IMG/VR virus record: IMGVR_UViG_2061766007_000513
Origin: an uncultured virus (IMG/VR IMGVR_UViG_2061766007_000513)
Taxonomy: Duplodnaviria > Heunggongvirae > Uroviricota > Caudoviricetes
Direction: 5' to 3' (one strand)
Length of the DNA stretch: 38,086 bases
Made by a program: the position numbers and the translations under genes. Positions 27,395 to 38,086 of this stretch are shown in pieces (position 1 is the stretch's first letter; every line of letters starts with the position of its first letter). A model generated the notes under the pieces. It did no database searches. It was not told the DNA's origin and was given only the letters and a program-made list of their open reading frames with translations.

Positions 27395-27503
27395 TGGTTA
27401 TCATTCGGGCAAGGATTTACACCTTGCATGACATATCATTGGATATATGTCCGTCTTTCTCCAACGTTTGACTGCGTCTACCTATTCCGCCACCGAATGA
27501 TAA
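27395..27503 (-). ncRNA. tRNA-like RNA (non-canonical cloverleaf ending in CCA)
   Basis: TATCATTCGG/CCGAATGATA stem plus A-CCA; D arm GCG-GAATAGGTAGA-CGC; 7-bp variable arm; GCAAGG-TGTAAAT-CCTTGC T arm; no proper anticodon arm. Confidence 0.7.
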
Positions 27504-27525
27504 AATGGTTATTTTATGGGGTTAC

Positions 27526-30500
27526 TTATCCCGGATATGTAAAACCTATACGAATAGAATCCCCCACATTTGTGCTTTGCAATGTGCTTAATGCTAATAC
27601 ACCCGAAACGTTTATTGTAAAGTTATGTGTTGTATATTTTGTATTATTATATGCAACACCTTGCACAACATTAATTGCACTCGCAGGAACACCCGAAATA
27701 GACACGCTTGTTGCCGTTGGGGTTATTACCATTACAAGAGCCACAAATGCTCCTATTTTAGCATATTTGCAATTTCCAATCGTGCATCCCGTACCCGTAA
27801 CATTTGAAGTTATGTCTATATATTGTCCTAATTGAGATTTAAGGGCAACTTTATCCCCCAACTTATTAACGGTTTCACCCAACTGACTAACATCCCCCAA
27901 ACTTGCCAACTCGCCGTTNNNNNNNNNNTAATGCTCGTTCCGTTTGTGCTGACATAAGAGTAGTCCTTTAGTAAAGAGATTTCGTGAGGTGTGAGTTGGA
28001 TTTCAACGGGTGTGGCTAATTCGTAGACAAGTTTTTGCCCCGTGAGTGCGGTCTTTAAATCAGATGCACTTGTATAACGATTATCCTTTATTGTAATATA
28101 CGGACTTGTACTATAACTTTTGTCTGCAACACCGATGGTAAAGTTATTTGCATTTCTGTAACCGCTTTCCCTTACTGCATATATACTACACACGGCATTA
28201 GGATTAGATGCTGTGCTAACCTGTTTTGATAGAGGTAATGGAGCACCAAATTCTCCAGTGCCACCTGCATTATATGTATATGTTAAATCGCCTAAATCAA
28301 CAATACCATATATACCAGTCAACAATCCTGTTCTTACGTCTAAAGAAGCCTTATACACCGTCTGCCCCAAGGATTCCGATATGGAGGTGGTTTTATCGTA
28401 GGGTTCATAAGTGGTTTCTGCCGTGGCTTCTTCAACTTGTATATTTTTTAAAGATACATTTGCTCCCGCACCAAATGATGTACCTATTTTTGCAATAGTT
28501 TTATTAGCCGCAGAAGTACCTGTATAATGTGTAAGTGACGTTGCACGAACTTGTACAATATCACTTGTTGTTCCATCGGTATAAAGAATCATTATTGATA
28601 CATAATAATTCAACGTAGAAGTGAGTCCATCCAAGGAAAATGTATATTGTGTATTAGGCTTAAATTTGACAGGAAATCCATCAGTATTGTCAAGACGATA
28701 TTTAGAATATAAATTCGTATTTAATCCACTATAAAGTCCATTAGAATCTTTAGTCCAACCTGTAGCCGCCAATAACCAATCTGAATCAAACAGATTCTTC
28801 CCACACGATAAAACCTCAACCTTATCATAGCCGCTTATTGCCCTTATATTGCTCGGTGATGGTGTCCCACTTCCTGCCTGTATCGGTTCAAGCGTGATTA
28901 TAGGGTTCACCGCTAACTGATTTGCCTTTAATCCGCTGATTGATATGGGGTTGCCACTTATGGATGTGGTGTCCTTTGCCCCGTTCCATCCGCTATCCGT
29001 GAGGTTGCCCGAACCGTTCAAGCCCGCAAGGTTGCCGTTGGTGGCAGATGATACCTTGTCGGCTTTGCCGCCCAAAGCAGTATAAACGTCACCGCCTGTT
29101 GTGAAACCTGTATCACCGCTTGCGATACTGCCTGTAAAGTTAGTCTTTTTGGTAGAATCAGATGTGTTATCAACGTTGCCTAAACCAACCTCAGATTTTG
29201 TGTAGGACGGTTTAGTTGATTCTTTCGCCCACGCTGATACATCACTTGCGGGACGGGCATCTGTAAGTCTGGTATCATTACCCAAAACAACTTCATTATT
29301 ATCTGCATCACCACTTGTAGGCACGTTCTTTGTACTTGCCGTTCCTAATGCGTCTACCTTACCTTTAGCGATATTGTCATAATCATTAGTGGATAATCCC
29401 TTTCCCGATTCTGTAGGCTGATATGATGTGGTGTCAATCGAACCATCATTCTTAACAAGACCGTTTGTAGATGATTTAGTAATAAAATTGCTTGTATCAA
29501 CAAAACCGCTTAACAGATCAAACTTGTAAGTATTTTCGTCAATCTTAGCAACGCCAACGTTGTCACCTGCCCTGATAGGTAATCCCGCACCCTCGATAAA
29601 GTCTGACGTGGTAGTACCGCTATCGGTCATGTTATAAACGTTGCCTTCATTTGCCTTAACTAAAAGGCTTGCAACAAGTTCAGCACAAGTTTTAGTGCCT
29701 GCATGATGATATGAAGAAGCAACCGCACTGTCTATAGCTTCACGAACCGCACCCGCTTCGGCAAGGTCTGTTGAACCAACTACGATCAATGCTGTGCTGT
29801 CCTTTTCAGCCGCAGTACCCAAACTGCTCTTATCGGCTTTTCCAGATATATCTTGATGCTGATTGATAACTGTAGCAGAAGTACCGCTTTTAAGCTGAAT
29901 AGTGGTTTGATCTCCGCTTGTAGTAACTGACATTTCAGCCTTTGAAGCCATATCACTCGCACGTTTACCACTATTAGCACAATTACCATTCGCAAGTAGG
30001 ACAGCAAAATCTCCCGCTACTGCGTCTAACACTTTATCGGCTTTCCCGGTTAAATCAATATCAGCTTCACCCGTGACAGGATCAACTACAGATGTGCCGT
30101 CAACCTTAACGTCAGTTATATCACCGCCACCGCCACTTTCATTAGCGTTGACAAACTTTTCCTGTGTAGCGTCCCACTTCAAAACCTGACCATTCTGGAT
30201 ATTATCAACCGCTACATCTGACAAATCTGTGATGTTTTCAGGGATATTGCCAATAGCAGATTTATCTTCATTCGTAAAGTTATTATCGGTATGCACATAA
30301 TCGGCATCCTGAATATAGTTAGCATCATTATCTAACTGTGATAATGCCGTAGGAATATCAGAAGGGTCAGCCTTGCCGTTCCAATTCTGTATTTCAAGAG
30401 TAGTAACCGTGTTATGGTAATCATCAGCCCGTAAATCCTTTAAAAATGTAGGAACTGTTACATAGGCGTATCTGCCCTGAACAACGCTCTGACCATTCTG

Positions 30501-30635
30501 GAATACGTCAAGAACACCGCCACCGCCACTACCGAACTGTATCTCACCTTCTAAAGTGGCACGATCACTCATTTCACCTGATAACACGCCATGTTCATCT
30601 AAAGTGCCTTCAAGAGTTCCGTAATTTTCAGCCAT
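27526..30635 (-). CDS. tail fibre/receptor-binding protein with carbohydrate-binding-like domain; frame offset at gap 27919-27928
   Basis: GKADK repeats, TKSEVGLGNVDNTSD, GKNLFD...KPNTQYTFS...IQVEE...YEPY, YELATP. Confidence 0.78.
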
Positions 30636-31000
30636 TAGTCATGCACCTCCAATTCCGTACCGGTTGTAAACTGCTTATTCTCTTTGATGGTAAAATGCTT
30701 ATCATCAGCCGTAACAACTTCAACCTCATAGCGATATACCATGTTATTACCCAAGTTTTCGGTATCTGACGGGAATAACTCTAATGTAGCCTTGTTTTCC
30801 TCAACATCAACTACGAAAGCCTTTTCAATAACTGTTTCTGTGTTGATCTTCAAACGGAAATACACGTTATCTCCGTCCTCAAACTGATAATCCTGTGTGC
30901 GTCCTTCTTCATCCTTGTACTTCAAGTTCTTTACGTCCAGATAAAGCGTGTCCCCCCTTGTCAGCCACATATTATCGTCCCTGTCTTTCCTGAAAGCCAT
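30635..31000 (-). CDS. BppU-like Ig-fold tail/baseplate accessory protein
   Basis: LTRGDT...GD.V.F...DT.NL....Y.YEVE; paralog of 34462..34818. Confidence 0.65.
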   Translation of the reverse strand: MAFRKDRDDNMWLTRGDTLYLDVKNLKYKDEEGRTQDYQFEDGDNVYFRLKINTETVIEKAFVVDVEENKATLELFPSDTENLGNNMVYRYEVEVVTADDKHFTIKENKQFTTGTELEVHD

Positions 31001-31013
31001 ATCCTACCTCCTT

Positions 31014-31658
31014 TTATCCCTGTGCATTTATGATATTGCCAACTAACTTTGCTACATTAGAAGCCTCTGTTAAACTAAATTTGCTTGTATCAGATGTTGT
31101 TATTTCTTCGCCATTATTTACATCATTTAAAGTTGATAAAGGCAATAAAATCCCATTTTTACCGGATATCGCCGGAACGCTTGACCAATGATATAATACG
31201 GGTTCGTTGCCTATTACCGCGTTATAACAAGCGTTATTGCCCATTTGGTAATAAATATAATAATTTGTATTACCATACATTTGGTATTGTTCGCCACATA
31301 TTACCCAACCGAGTTGGGTATCGTCGTCGATAACAAACGCAAAAAATGCGATTGGATTATATGAATATGCCGAACCATATATATTCCAATTATACCCGTT
31401 AACGTCTATATAACAATCGCCACTTGACCCATTATTTACATTATAAAATTTAATTAGTCCGTTTTGTGACGTTATTGTTTGAGTCGGTAACGCTTGCGAC
31501 CCGATAATAGTTCCCCATTGTATAATATTACTACCCGCTATTGCAGGACGGTCGCCGGGGTATACGTTTGTCGTCATGCTATCTATTACGGATTGAGGAA
31601 AAGTAGTAGATTTATATACGCCGTCATTAGTTGCAATATCAACTATACGTCTTGCCAT
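31014..31658 (-). CDS. hypothetical tail-associated protein
   Basis: Operon context; aromatic/Asn-rich beta character. Confidence 0.6.
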   Translation of the reverse strand: MARRIVDIATNDGVYKSTTFPQSVIDSMTTNVYPGDRPAIAGSNIIQWGTIIGSQALPTQTITSQNGLIKFYNVNNGSSGDCYIDVNGYNWNIYGSAYSYNPIAFFAFVIDDDTQLGWVICGEQYQMYGNTNYYIYYQMGNNACYNAVIGNEPVLYHWSSVPAISGKNGILLPLSTLNDVNNGEEITTSDTSKFSLTEASNVAKLVGNIINAQG

Positions 31659-31692
31659 TTAATACACTTCCTTTCTCGGTAAAACCGTTATT

Positions 31693-32172
31693 TTATGCAC
31701 TCGGTAATCCTGCTGAAAGCCATGCATATATGAGTGCCATTTCTGCATCAGTGGGACTTTCCGAATTGTACTTGTATGAACTACTACCCATGTTATAGAT
31801 AAATGACGGTTTAGCAATTTCATTTTCGGAATCAACAAGGAATCCAATATTTATTTTGCTAATATCCGAAACGGCTGTCCCTGTCTGTGAAGTAAAGGAA
31901 TAGATTACAGTATTGCCCGTATATAGTTTAAAAACTATCGAACTGTTATAAATCTGCACCGTCAGTTTATTATTCTGCCCTGACCACAAGATAGGTATTT
32001 CAGTACCATCCCACATACCATCAACGATATATAGCATTTCGTCACTTGTGGTTTTATCCGTGAAAATGACAAAATAGTATTTAGTACCAAGTTCGTTTTT
32101 TAGTCCTGTTATTTCAGCCGTAGTAGCTGTTGGGTCTAAATCTACAGCTTTGCCATCTGTAACGTCAGCGGG
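31693..32172 (-). CDS. 3' fragment of a tail-associated protein with FN3-like segment
   Basis: T..EITGL...GTKYYFVIFT; 5' end lost in a gap. Confidence 0.55.
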   Translation of the reverse strand, partial: PADVTDGKAVDLDPTATTAEITGLKNELGTKYYFVIFTDKTTSDEMLYIVDGMWDGTEIPILWSGQNNKLTVQIYNSSIVFKLYTGNTVIYSFTSQTGTAVSDISKINIGFLVDSENEIAKPSFIYNMGSSSYKYNSESPTDAEMALIYAWLSAGLPSA

Positions 32173-32182
32173 NNNNNNNNNN

Positions 32183-32869
32183 AGTAACATTATGAGGATT
32201 ACCAGAAGTAAGTTGAGAATGATCATAAGCAGCTTTGCCTCTATCGCCTCTATAAGCAGTAGATGAAGTTTCACCAAGAGCAAGACTTTCAGATATCTCT
32301 ACATACTCAGTTCCGCCCCACCTATACGTTTTGTTAGTATCAAGTGTAACATATATCTTTCCAGTTTCGCCTGTTGCAGGAAGATGGTCATAATCAGCTA
32401 CTTCAATAACATCATCAACAAAACTTGGTAATTGACTTGAAGGAACTTTACCAGTAGAATCAAGTTCAGCTACACCATTAGCAACACCTTTTGCAGAAAT
32501 ATCTATTTTATCATCTAAAGCTTCAACAACTTCGTCAATAGCATCCTGTACGTTATCTGCTTCAAGACCACTGTCAGTGTTATCATAACCAACTAGGTTA
32601 CCGTCTATAACAGTGTCTTCATCTTCGTCAAGCATATACAATCCATCAGGAAGATTATCAAGTTCGCTTTCTGATTGTATAACATGAATGTTTTCAACTT
32701 TAGTAACATCATTAGTTGAATCGTCACTTACAGTTAAATCAACAAACTGGAGGTTAGACCTTTGAGTCATAGCCGTGCCAGCCGGATTCTTTATTGTATG
32801 ACCACCACTTCCTCCGATATCATAAGTCGTACCGTGTATCGTGACTGTATTAATAACATCGTTTGGCAT
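32183..32869 (-). CDS. tail fibre protein, 3'-truncated by a gap
   Basis: NVQDAIDE; KGVANGVAELD..GKVPSSQLPS.VDDV; LALGETSSTAYRGDRGK. Confidence 0.72.
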
Positions 32870-32904
32870 AATAATCTAACCTCCAATATACCTATTTTGA
32901 TTAT

Positions 32905-33007
32905 GAACATTAATTTTTAATGTGAGTAGTCCAGTCTGTCTTGCAGAGTGGTTTATTATTCGAACATTGATTTTTAATGTGAGTAGTCCAGTCTGTCTTG
33001 CAGAGTG
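32905..33007. repeat. two-copy 46-bp tandem repeat, period 57
   Basis: GAACATT(A/G)ATTTTTAATGTGAGTAGTCCAGTCTGTCTTGCAGAGTG at 32905 and 32962. Confidence 0.9.
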
Positions 33008-33008
33008 T

Positions 33009-34073
33009 TTATTCAACAGTAATTGTAGCTGCTGTACCTGCAAATGTAGCTGTAACATCACCACTAGGAGTACCAGCAACACTGACATTACCTTCTGTAC
33101 CAGTAAAGCTTGCGCTAACAGTACCACTAGGAGTACCAGCAACACTAACATTACCTTCAGTACCAGTAAAGCTTGCACTAATAGTACCAGCAGGAGTACC
33201 AGCAACACTAAGGTTTCCTTCGGTTCCTGTGAATGACGCTTCGATACTACCAGTAGGAGTACCAGCAACGCTTACACTTCCTTCAGTTCCTGTGAACGAA
33301 CTTGATACTGTACCATCACCTACACTAACATCTTCACCAGTAGGAAGAGTACCATCTGTGTAACTTCCATCGGTAATAGTTAAGTTGCCATTGCTTACTG
33401 TAAATGTGGGCATTGTACAACTTGCTAATGTTCCCTGTGTTTTAAACTGTTTAATTGTCTTTGTTCCACCTGTACTACTTACTGAACCGCTAGGAGTAAA
33501 TGTACCAGTAGAAGTTGTGGAAGATCCTGTAAAGCTTGCACTAACCGAACCGCTAGGAGTAAATGTTCCTGTAGAAGTAAGCTCTGAACCACTAAACGAT
33601 CCACTAACACTACCTTCAGGAGTAAAGGTACCTGTAGAAGTAAGCTCTGAACCACTAAATGATCCACTAACACTACCTTCAGGAGTAAAGGTACCAGTCG
33701 AAGTAAGCTCTGAACCACTAAACGAACCACTGATTGTACCAGCAGGAGTATAGCTTCCACTAGCACTATCTTTAAATGCCAATGCACCAAGTCCAGTAAG
33801 TTCACCAAAGTTTTGCCATACACCAGTGCTTGACATAACAAAATCTCTATGATCTGAATCTCTCGAAACGACATCACCTGCCTGAGCAGTAACCGATTCA
33901 CCTTCGATTATAACAGGGTTTGTCGTAGATCCATCTTCAATTTCGCTTGTAGTGATTCCAAGCCACTCATGGAAGTTTAATAATTCCTTAATTAGATCAC
34001 GAGCATACTGATCCGCAAGATCATAAACATTACCACTGGGCATTGTGACTGTGTAGATAATAGGGTTTGCCAT
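33009..34073 (-). CDS. Gly/Ser/Thr-rich fibre protein with 21-aa repeats
   Basis: 4x F(S/T)GS..TSTGTFTP.GSVS.S and 4x FTGTEG..SVAGTP.G....S; LGALAFKDS. Confidence 0.75.
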   Translation of the reverse strand: MANPIIYTVTMPSGNVYDLADQYARDLIKELLNFHEWLGITTSEIEDGSTTNPVIIEGESVTAQAGDVVSRDSDHRDFVMSSTGVWQNFGELTGLGALAFKDSASGSYTPAGTISGSFSGSELTSTGTFTPEGSVSGSFSGSELTSTGTFTPEGSVSGSFSGSELTSTGTFTPSGSVSASFTGSSTTSTGTFTPSGSVSSTGGTKTIKQFKTQGTLASCTMPTFTVSNGNLTITDGSYTDGTLPTGEDVSVGDGTVSSSFTGTEGSVSVAGTPTGSIEASFTGTEGNLSVAGTPAGTISASFTGTEGNVSVAGTPSGTVSASFTGTEGNVSVAGTPSGDVTATFAGTAATITVE

Positions 34074-34097
34074 AATTTTATCCTCCATTTATTTAAA

Positions 34098-34469
34098 TTA
34101 TTCATAAAATACTAAACTATTTGTTTTGTCGTCAACTCTTACTTTCATACCGCCTTCATTCCATTTAGCAATATCTTCTTCAGTAATTGACATTGTAGCA
34201 AAGGGTAAGTCTGCAACATAACTAACACCATCGCCTATTTTGATTCTTGGTATATTAATAATCTCATGAGTAACAGGATCTTCTTCTTGTCTATAATCAC
34301 TATAAACATAAAGAACTCTGTTTACTGACATCATTTGAGGAACTTGAGCCCATTCAGCTTTAGTCTTAGAGATTACTGCTACATAGATTGAACCATCTGA
34401 CTTCTGTACTTCACCACGTAGCGTAAGTTCACTTTGGACTATTCCTCGTATTTCTTTAAAATTAGCCAT
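34098..34469 (-). CDS. Mtd/hyaluronidase N-terminal-like tail domain protein
   Basis: AEW.....YVYSDY...PRIKIGDGVSY.ADLPF. Confidence 0.68.
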   Translation of the reverse strand: MANFKEIRGIVQSELTLRGEVQKSDGSIYVAVISKTKAEWAQVPQMMSVNRVLYVYSDYRQEEDPVTHEIINIPRIKIGDGVSYVADLPFATMSITEEDIAKWNEGGMKVRVDDKTNSLVFYE

Positions 34470-34818
34470 GTTTCTCCTCTTCCTTTCCTACTGTAAATCT
34501 TTGATGAGCTATGAATGTAAAATGTTCATTTAAGATAGTAACTAATTCGACTTCGTAATAATATGTCTTAAAGTCTAAGTTAGCAGTATCTTCTTCATCT
34601 AAAGTAAGTTTAGCAGTATTATCAGAAATATTTATGAAACATTCTTTTTCGAAGACAGTATTATTAGAAGTGCTAATACGGAATATAACTCTATCGCCTT
34701 CTGTTAATATTCTGTCTTCCCATTCTCTTTTTTCTTTGTTAAAAACCTGAGGAATAAAGCGTAGATATGCAGTATCACCTCGTGTTAAAGTTATCTCTTG
34801 TTTGTCGATATATAACAT
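34462..34818 (-). CDS. BppU-like Ig-fold tail accessory protein
   Basis: ITLTRGDTA...GD.VIF...DTANL....YYYEVE. Confidence 0.65.
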   Translation of the reverse strand: MLYIDKQEITLTRGDTAYLRFIPQVFNKEKREWEDRILTEGDRVIFRISTSNNTVFEKECFINISDNTAKLTLDEEDTANLDFKTYYYEVELVTILNEHFTFIAHQRFTVGKEEEKHG

Positions 34819-35173
34819 TTTTATTCCTCCTTTAATTTATTAATATTTTCTCCAGTGGTGAATAATACANNNNNNNNNNNNNNNNNNNNNNNNNNNNNNN
34901 NNNNNNNNNNNNNNNNNNNNNNNACTGTTAATAGTCGGACGCTACGCCTGGTTACTATCCATTTTGAAATCGCTAAAATATTCATTTATATAATGGAAAA
35001 GAGAGTGCAAGATTTGGGCTCTTACCTAAATGCACGACTTGGGTGAAGCGCATAGGTAATTGCTNNNNNNNNNNNNNNNNNNNNNNNNNNNNNNNNNNNN
35101 NNNNNNNNNNNNNNNNNNNNNNNNNNNATTTAGTGCTTTGGTATGCCCCCAAATTTTTTAATTTTGAACTATG

Positions 35174-35229
35174 TGAGAAATTCTACTTTAGTAGTAATTG
35201 AATATAATGAGAAGTTGTACTTTAGTAGT
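35174..35229. repeat. 22-bp imperfect direct repeat, period 34
   Basis: TGAGAAATTCTACTTTAGTAGT / TGAGAAGTTGTACTTTAGTAGT. Confidence 0.6.
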
Positions 35230-35247
35230 TTTTTAAGACAACTAATA

Positions 35248-37994
35248 TTACTTTATTATATCACATATGTAAGTTCCAGAAACATAAATCTTTTCATCAG
35301 CAGAAAGTGTCTCATTTGTATAGAATTTAATTCTAGCAGCCGCATCAGTATACCTACTAACAACAGCATCTATATGTAATCCGGATGCTGATTGTGCACA
35401 AACATTTATTGAACCAACATGTGATAATGCATATGCTGGAACATAAGTTTTAATTACAGCAATGTAGTTACCACCGCTTATAGGAATACAGGCCATATTA
35501 AATGAAATTATACGTCCATATCTAACAGCTCCAACTTCAAAATCATCACATATACCTTCTGTAAAATATGAACTAACATCTTCTATACCTTCGCCTTCCC
35601 AAACAAGCTGTTCCTGATTACCAGATTTATATGATTTCAGATATCTAACGCCATCACTTTGTGGCATACTCGGTATCTCAATAACATCCTCACTCTGCCC
35701 CATAAACTGTCTTTCAGCACCAACGGGGCAAGGAATGTCACGGGTGTCAATGTATTCCTCGGTAGTAGCACCAACCATGCTCATAGGGTCTGCAAATGGT
35801 GTGGATTGCTCGGTGGCGGGAGTGGCTAGGGGATATATCATCTTTACTCCATTCATAGCGGTTTTAANNNNNNNNNNNNNNNNNNNNNNNNNNNNNNNNN
35901 NNNNNTCGCCCTTGTAATACATTTATTGCTTACGTGAACAATTCCCTCATCACTCATAGTGTATATAGCACATCGTTTTTCTGCGTAATTTGCCATATCA
36001 CTAATTTGTACATAGAACAAATAATTATCCCAATTTCCTGCGTTATTAGAACGTTGGTAGTCAAGCGACCCTAAATCAATCTCTTTCCAACTTCTCGTAA
36101 TCTCCCCATTACTCTCCTTAACATCACCACTTGCTACGATTTCTCCGTTGACTAAATCAAACTTGCCACGGAGTTCATCATTGCCGAGGGAATAGGTGGT
36201 ATGCCAACACTTTTCATAGGTTGTCGGTGTCGAACCACGTTCAATCTGTGTATTGGCATTTGTCGGATTAACTGTACTTATTCGGTAAGCAACTGTAACA
36301 TATCCACTTTCACTAAATACTGTTCGTGGATGTCTAATATCAACGCCATTTATACTATTATTTGCCCCTGTTGATACGTTGCCGTCAAGGAAGAATAAAG
36401 CACACGCTGACGATTCGCTTGCATTTGATGACATGGTATATGTTCCAACGCCTAAATAAATCCCTCTGTACCTAATTGTACTATCAAGGCTCGGATATTC
36501 TTCATCAAACAAGTTAGCACTTCCAACAACCTTCCCACTCGTCTTAACCGAATACAAGCCATAGCCATAAGCCGTATATTTGTCAATCGGACATCCCATG
36601 TCACGGAGTTTGGTTATACCACCATTGTTCGTGAGGGAATATAAGTGGTCTGCGATTGTGCTACCAAAGGCAAGGGTGAGGTCGATGGCTTGATATTCCA
36701 TTAATTGAAGAACCCATGCACCTGCGGTTAAAGAATCATAATTATACCAATATGCAGTATTTAATGTCGCCACATATGTCGAATTGGTTATTAATAATAT
36801 AACGGTAGTCCAATTACTTGTAATGCCACAATGCACAACATCTGGCTTAACAGGTGGCTGAAAGACAAATGCAACATTCGATTTATACTTAAACGAAATT
36901 AAGTATTTATGCCCTGCAATATAATAATCCGTAAGAACATTACGCAAGGCATTATCAGAACCTGCACCAGATGTAAATGTACCAACATTATTAGATACGG
37001 ACAAAGAACCTCTTATGGTATTCCAACCACTTCCTGTTGTCGCAAAATTTCCATTAGCGCATAACTGATTCCACGCATATGATGCACCAATCAACTTCTC
37101 TCGCACATAGCCACTAAACCCTGTCGGATTTAATGTCTGTCGGGTGAGGAACGGAGTTTTGTCGGTGGTGAGAACGGCGTTGTTGCCTGTGATATTTGCA
37201 TTTGGTTTCTTCCAAGCACCCCATACATTGTCATTCATTCCACGGACAAATATATTACCAGTTTCATAGTTCTGAGCAATCTGTACTACATAGCCGTCAT
37301 CACATACATGAACAAATACCGAGCCGTCATTTGCTGAAGCTCCAATGCTAGTCGATGGTCCATTAGAATTGTAATAGTATACACCATTAACAACCATGAG
37401 ATTAGCATCTCCACCGAAACCAGTTGATAATCCGGCATCTTGAAAATTACACGATCTAAATTCACGACCAACAAAATTATATAAAGTATCATTGTCTTTA
37501 CTATGACTAACCCATACCCAGTATGTTCCATCATACATATAGTAAATTGTTTGACCAGCTTCGCCATACGCCGTCGGATTTTTAATATCACCAGTTCCAG
37601 TTCCAATACCATCGCCATATCGAATATTTTTTGCTCCGGTATTATTTACATTTAATGTAATAGCATTTCCCGATGAAGGGGTATATGTATTTGTATATGT
37701 AAATCGAATACCTACAATAGTGCCGACTTCAAGAACCCAATTTGTTGCATTAGAAAGAGTTGCAACTTTATCTTTTACATCGCCAGCAGTATCACAAGTG
37801 CCATATGCAGTATTCTTTATAATAGTGTCTTGTCTTGTACTAAGTTCATCAATAGCACCTTGTACATCGGTAGCTTGTAGTTCACTAGTTACCGTATTAT
37901 CGTATTCCACATTTGCTGCAGGATATGACGCAGGCATACCATTACCAGATATCTTGTAAACTACTCCATTCTTTTTTACATATAATGGCTTCAT
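35248..37994 (-). CDS. large tail fibre/receptor-binding protein with CBM-like domains; frame offset at gap 35868-35905
   Basis: VQGAIDEL, YGTCDTA, TLNVN.TGAK.I, WNQL..NGNF, NLFDE, YPLATP; GGAGG RBS. Confidence 0.75.
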
Positions 37995-38022
37995 ACATTT
38001 TCCTCCCTATCTTTTTAGTAAG

Positions 38023-38076
38023 GCTTAGGTGGGGAGTCGAACCCCATTTTCAGACCACCAATCCTGGTCCCTAAGC
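38023..38076 (-). ncRNA. 54-nt minimal tRNA-like element
   Basis: GCTTAGG/CCTAAGC acceptor-like stem, GACCA-GGATTGG-TGGTC hairpin, TGGGG-TTCGACT-CCCCA canonical T arm. Confidence 0.6.
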
Positions 38077-38086
38077 TTTTTAATTA

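Noticed and set aside
32905..33007. Mini CRISPR array
   Set aside because: Only two units, the spacer would be 11 nt and is itself partly repeated; no cas genes.
27392..33753. Plus-strand ORFs opposite tail genes (27392..27835, 32998..33363, 33385..33753) and other antisense or alternative-frame ORFs
   Set aside because: Shadow frames of biased or repetitive minus-strand genes, without convincing RBS or motifs.
26257..37994. Inversion shufflon of tail-fibre tips driven by the second recombinase
   Set aside because: All fibre segments are on one strand and I found no inverted crossover repeats or promoterless opposite-strand tip cassettes.

Overview
Partial genome of a temperate, siphovirus-like phage, probably of a low-GC Bacillota (Clostridia/Lachnospiraceae-like) host; the host is inferred from RBS and promoter style and from gene families. 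The assembly is a gapped scaffold with many N runs and several misplaced or duplicated strain-variant fragments. Left to right: (i) a few AT-rich plus-strand accessory genes and a ~1.5 kb non-coding region with two promoter-to-terminator sRNA candidates and an attP whose core matches a tRNA-Ser 3' end; (ii) a long minus-strand early operon running from cro through a SleB-like hydrolase, Rad50/SbcC-like ATPase, RecT, MBL-fold nuclease, SSB, ERCC4 nuclease, replication initiator, DnaC-like loader, C5 methyltransferase, many small genes and four HNH-type endonucleases, ending in the integrase; (iii) a cI/cro switch; (iv) a conserved uncharacterised module, a second tyrosine recombinase and a mosaic tail-fibre/receptor-binding region. 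Top findings: (1) the MBL nuclease gene is broken inside its HxHxDH motif by an 8-nt gap, CTT-TAA-CG-CTT, with a matched take-off/landing codon, a stop and a hairpin, directly behind an HNH gene, resembling the T4 mobA/gene 60 translational-bypass cassette; (2) a circularly permuted C5 methyltransferase encoded in two overlapping frames, where a G9 tract determines which chain carries the C-terminal half (a possible three-state switch); (3) two non-canonical tRNA-like RNAs in the tail region. All family assignments are from motif recognition, not database searches.
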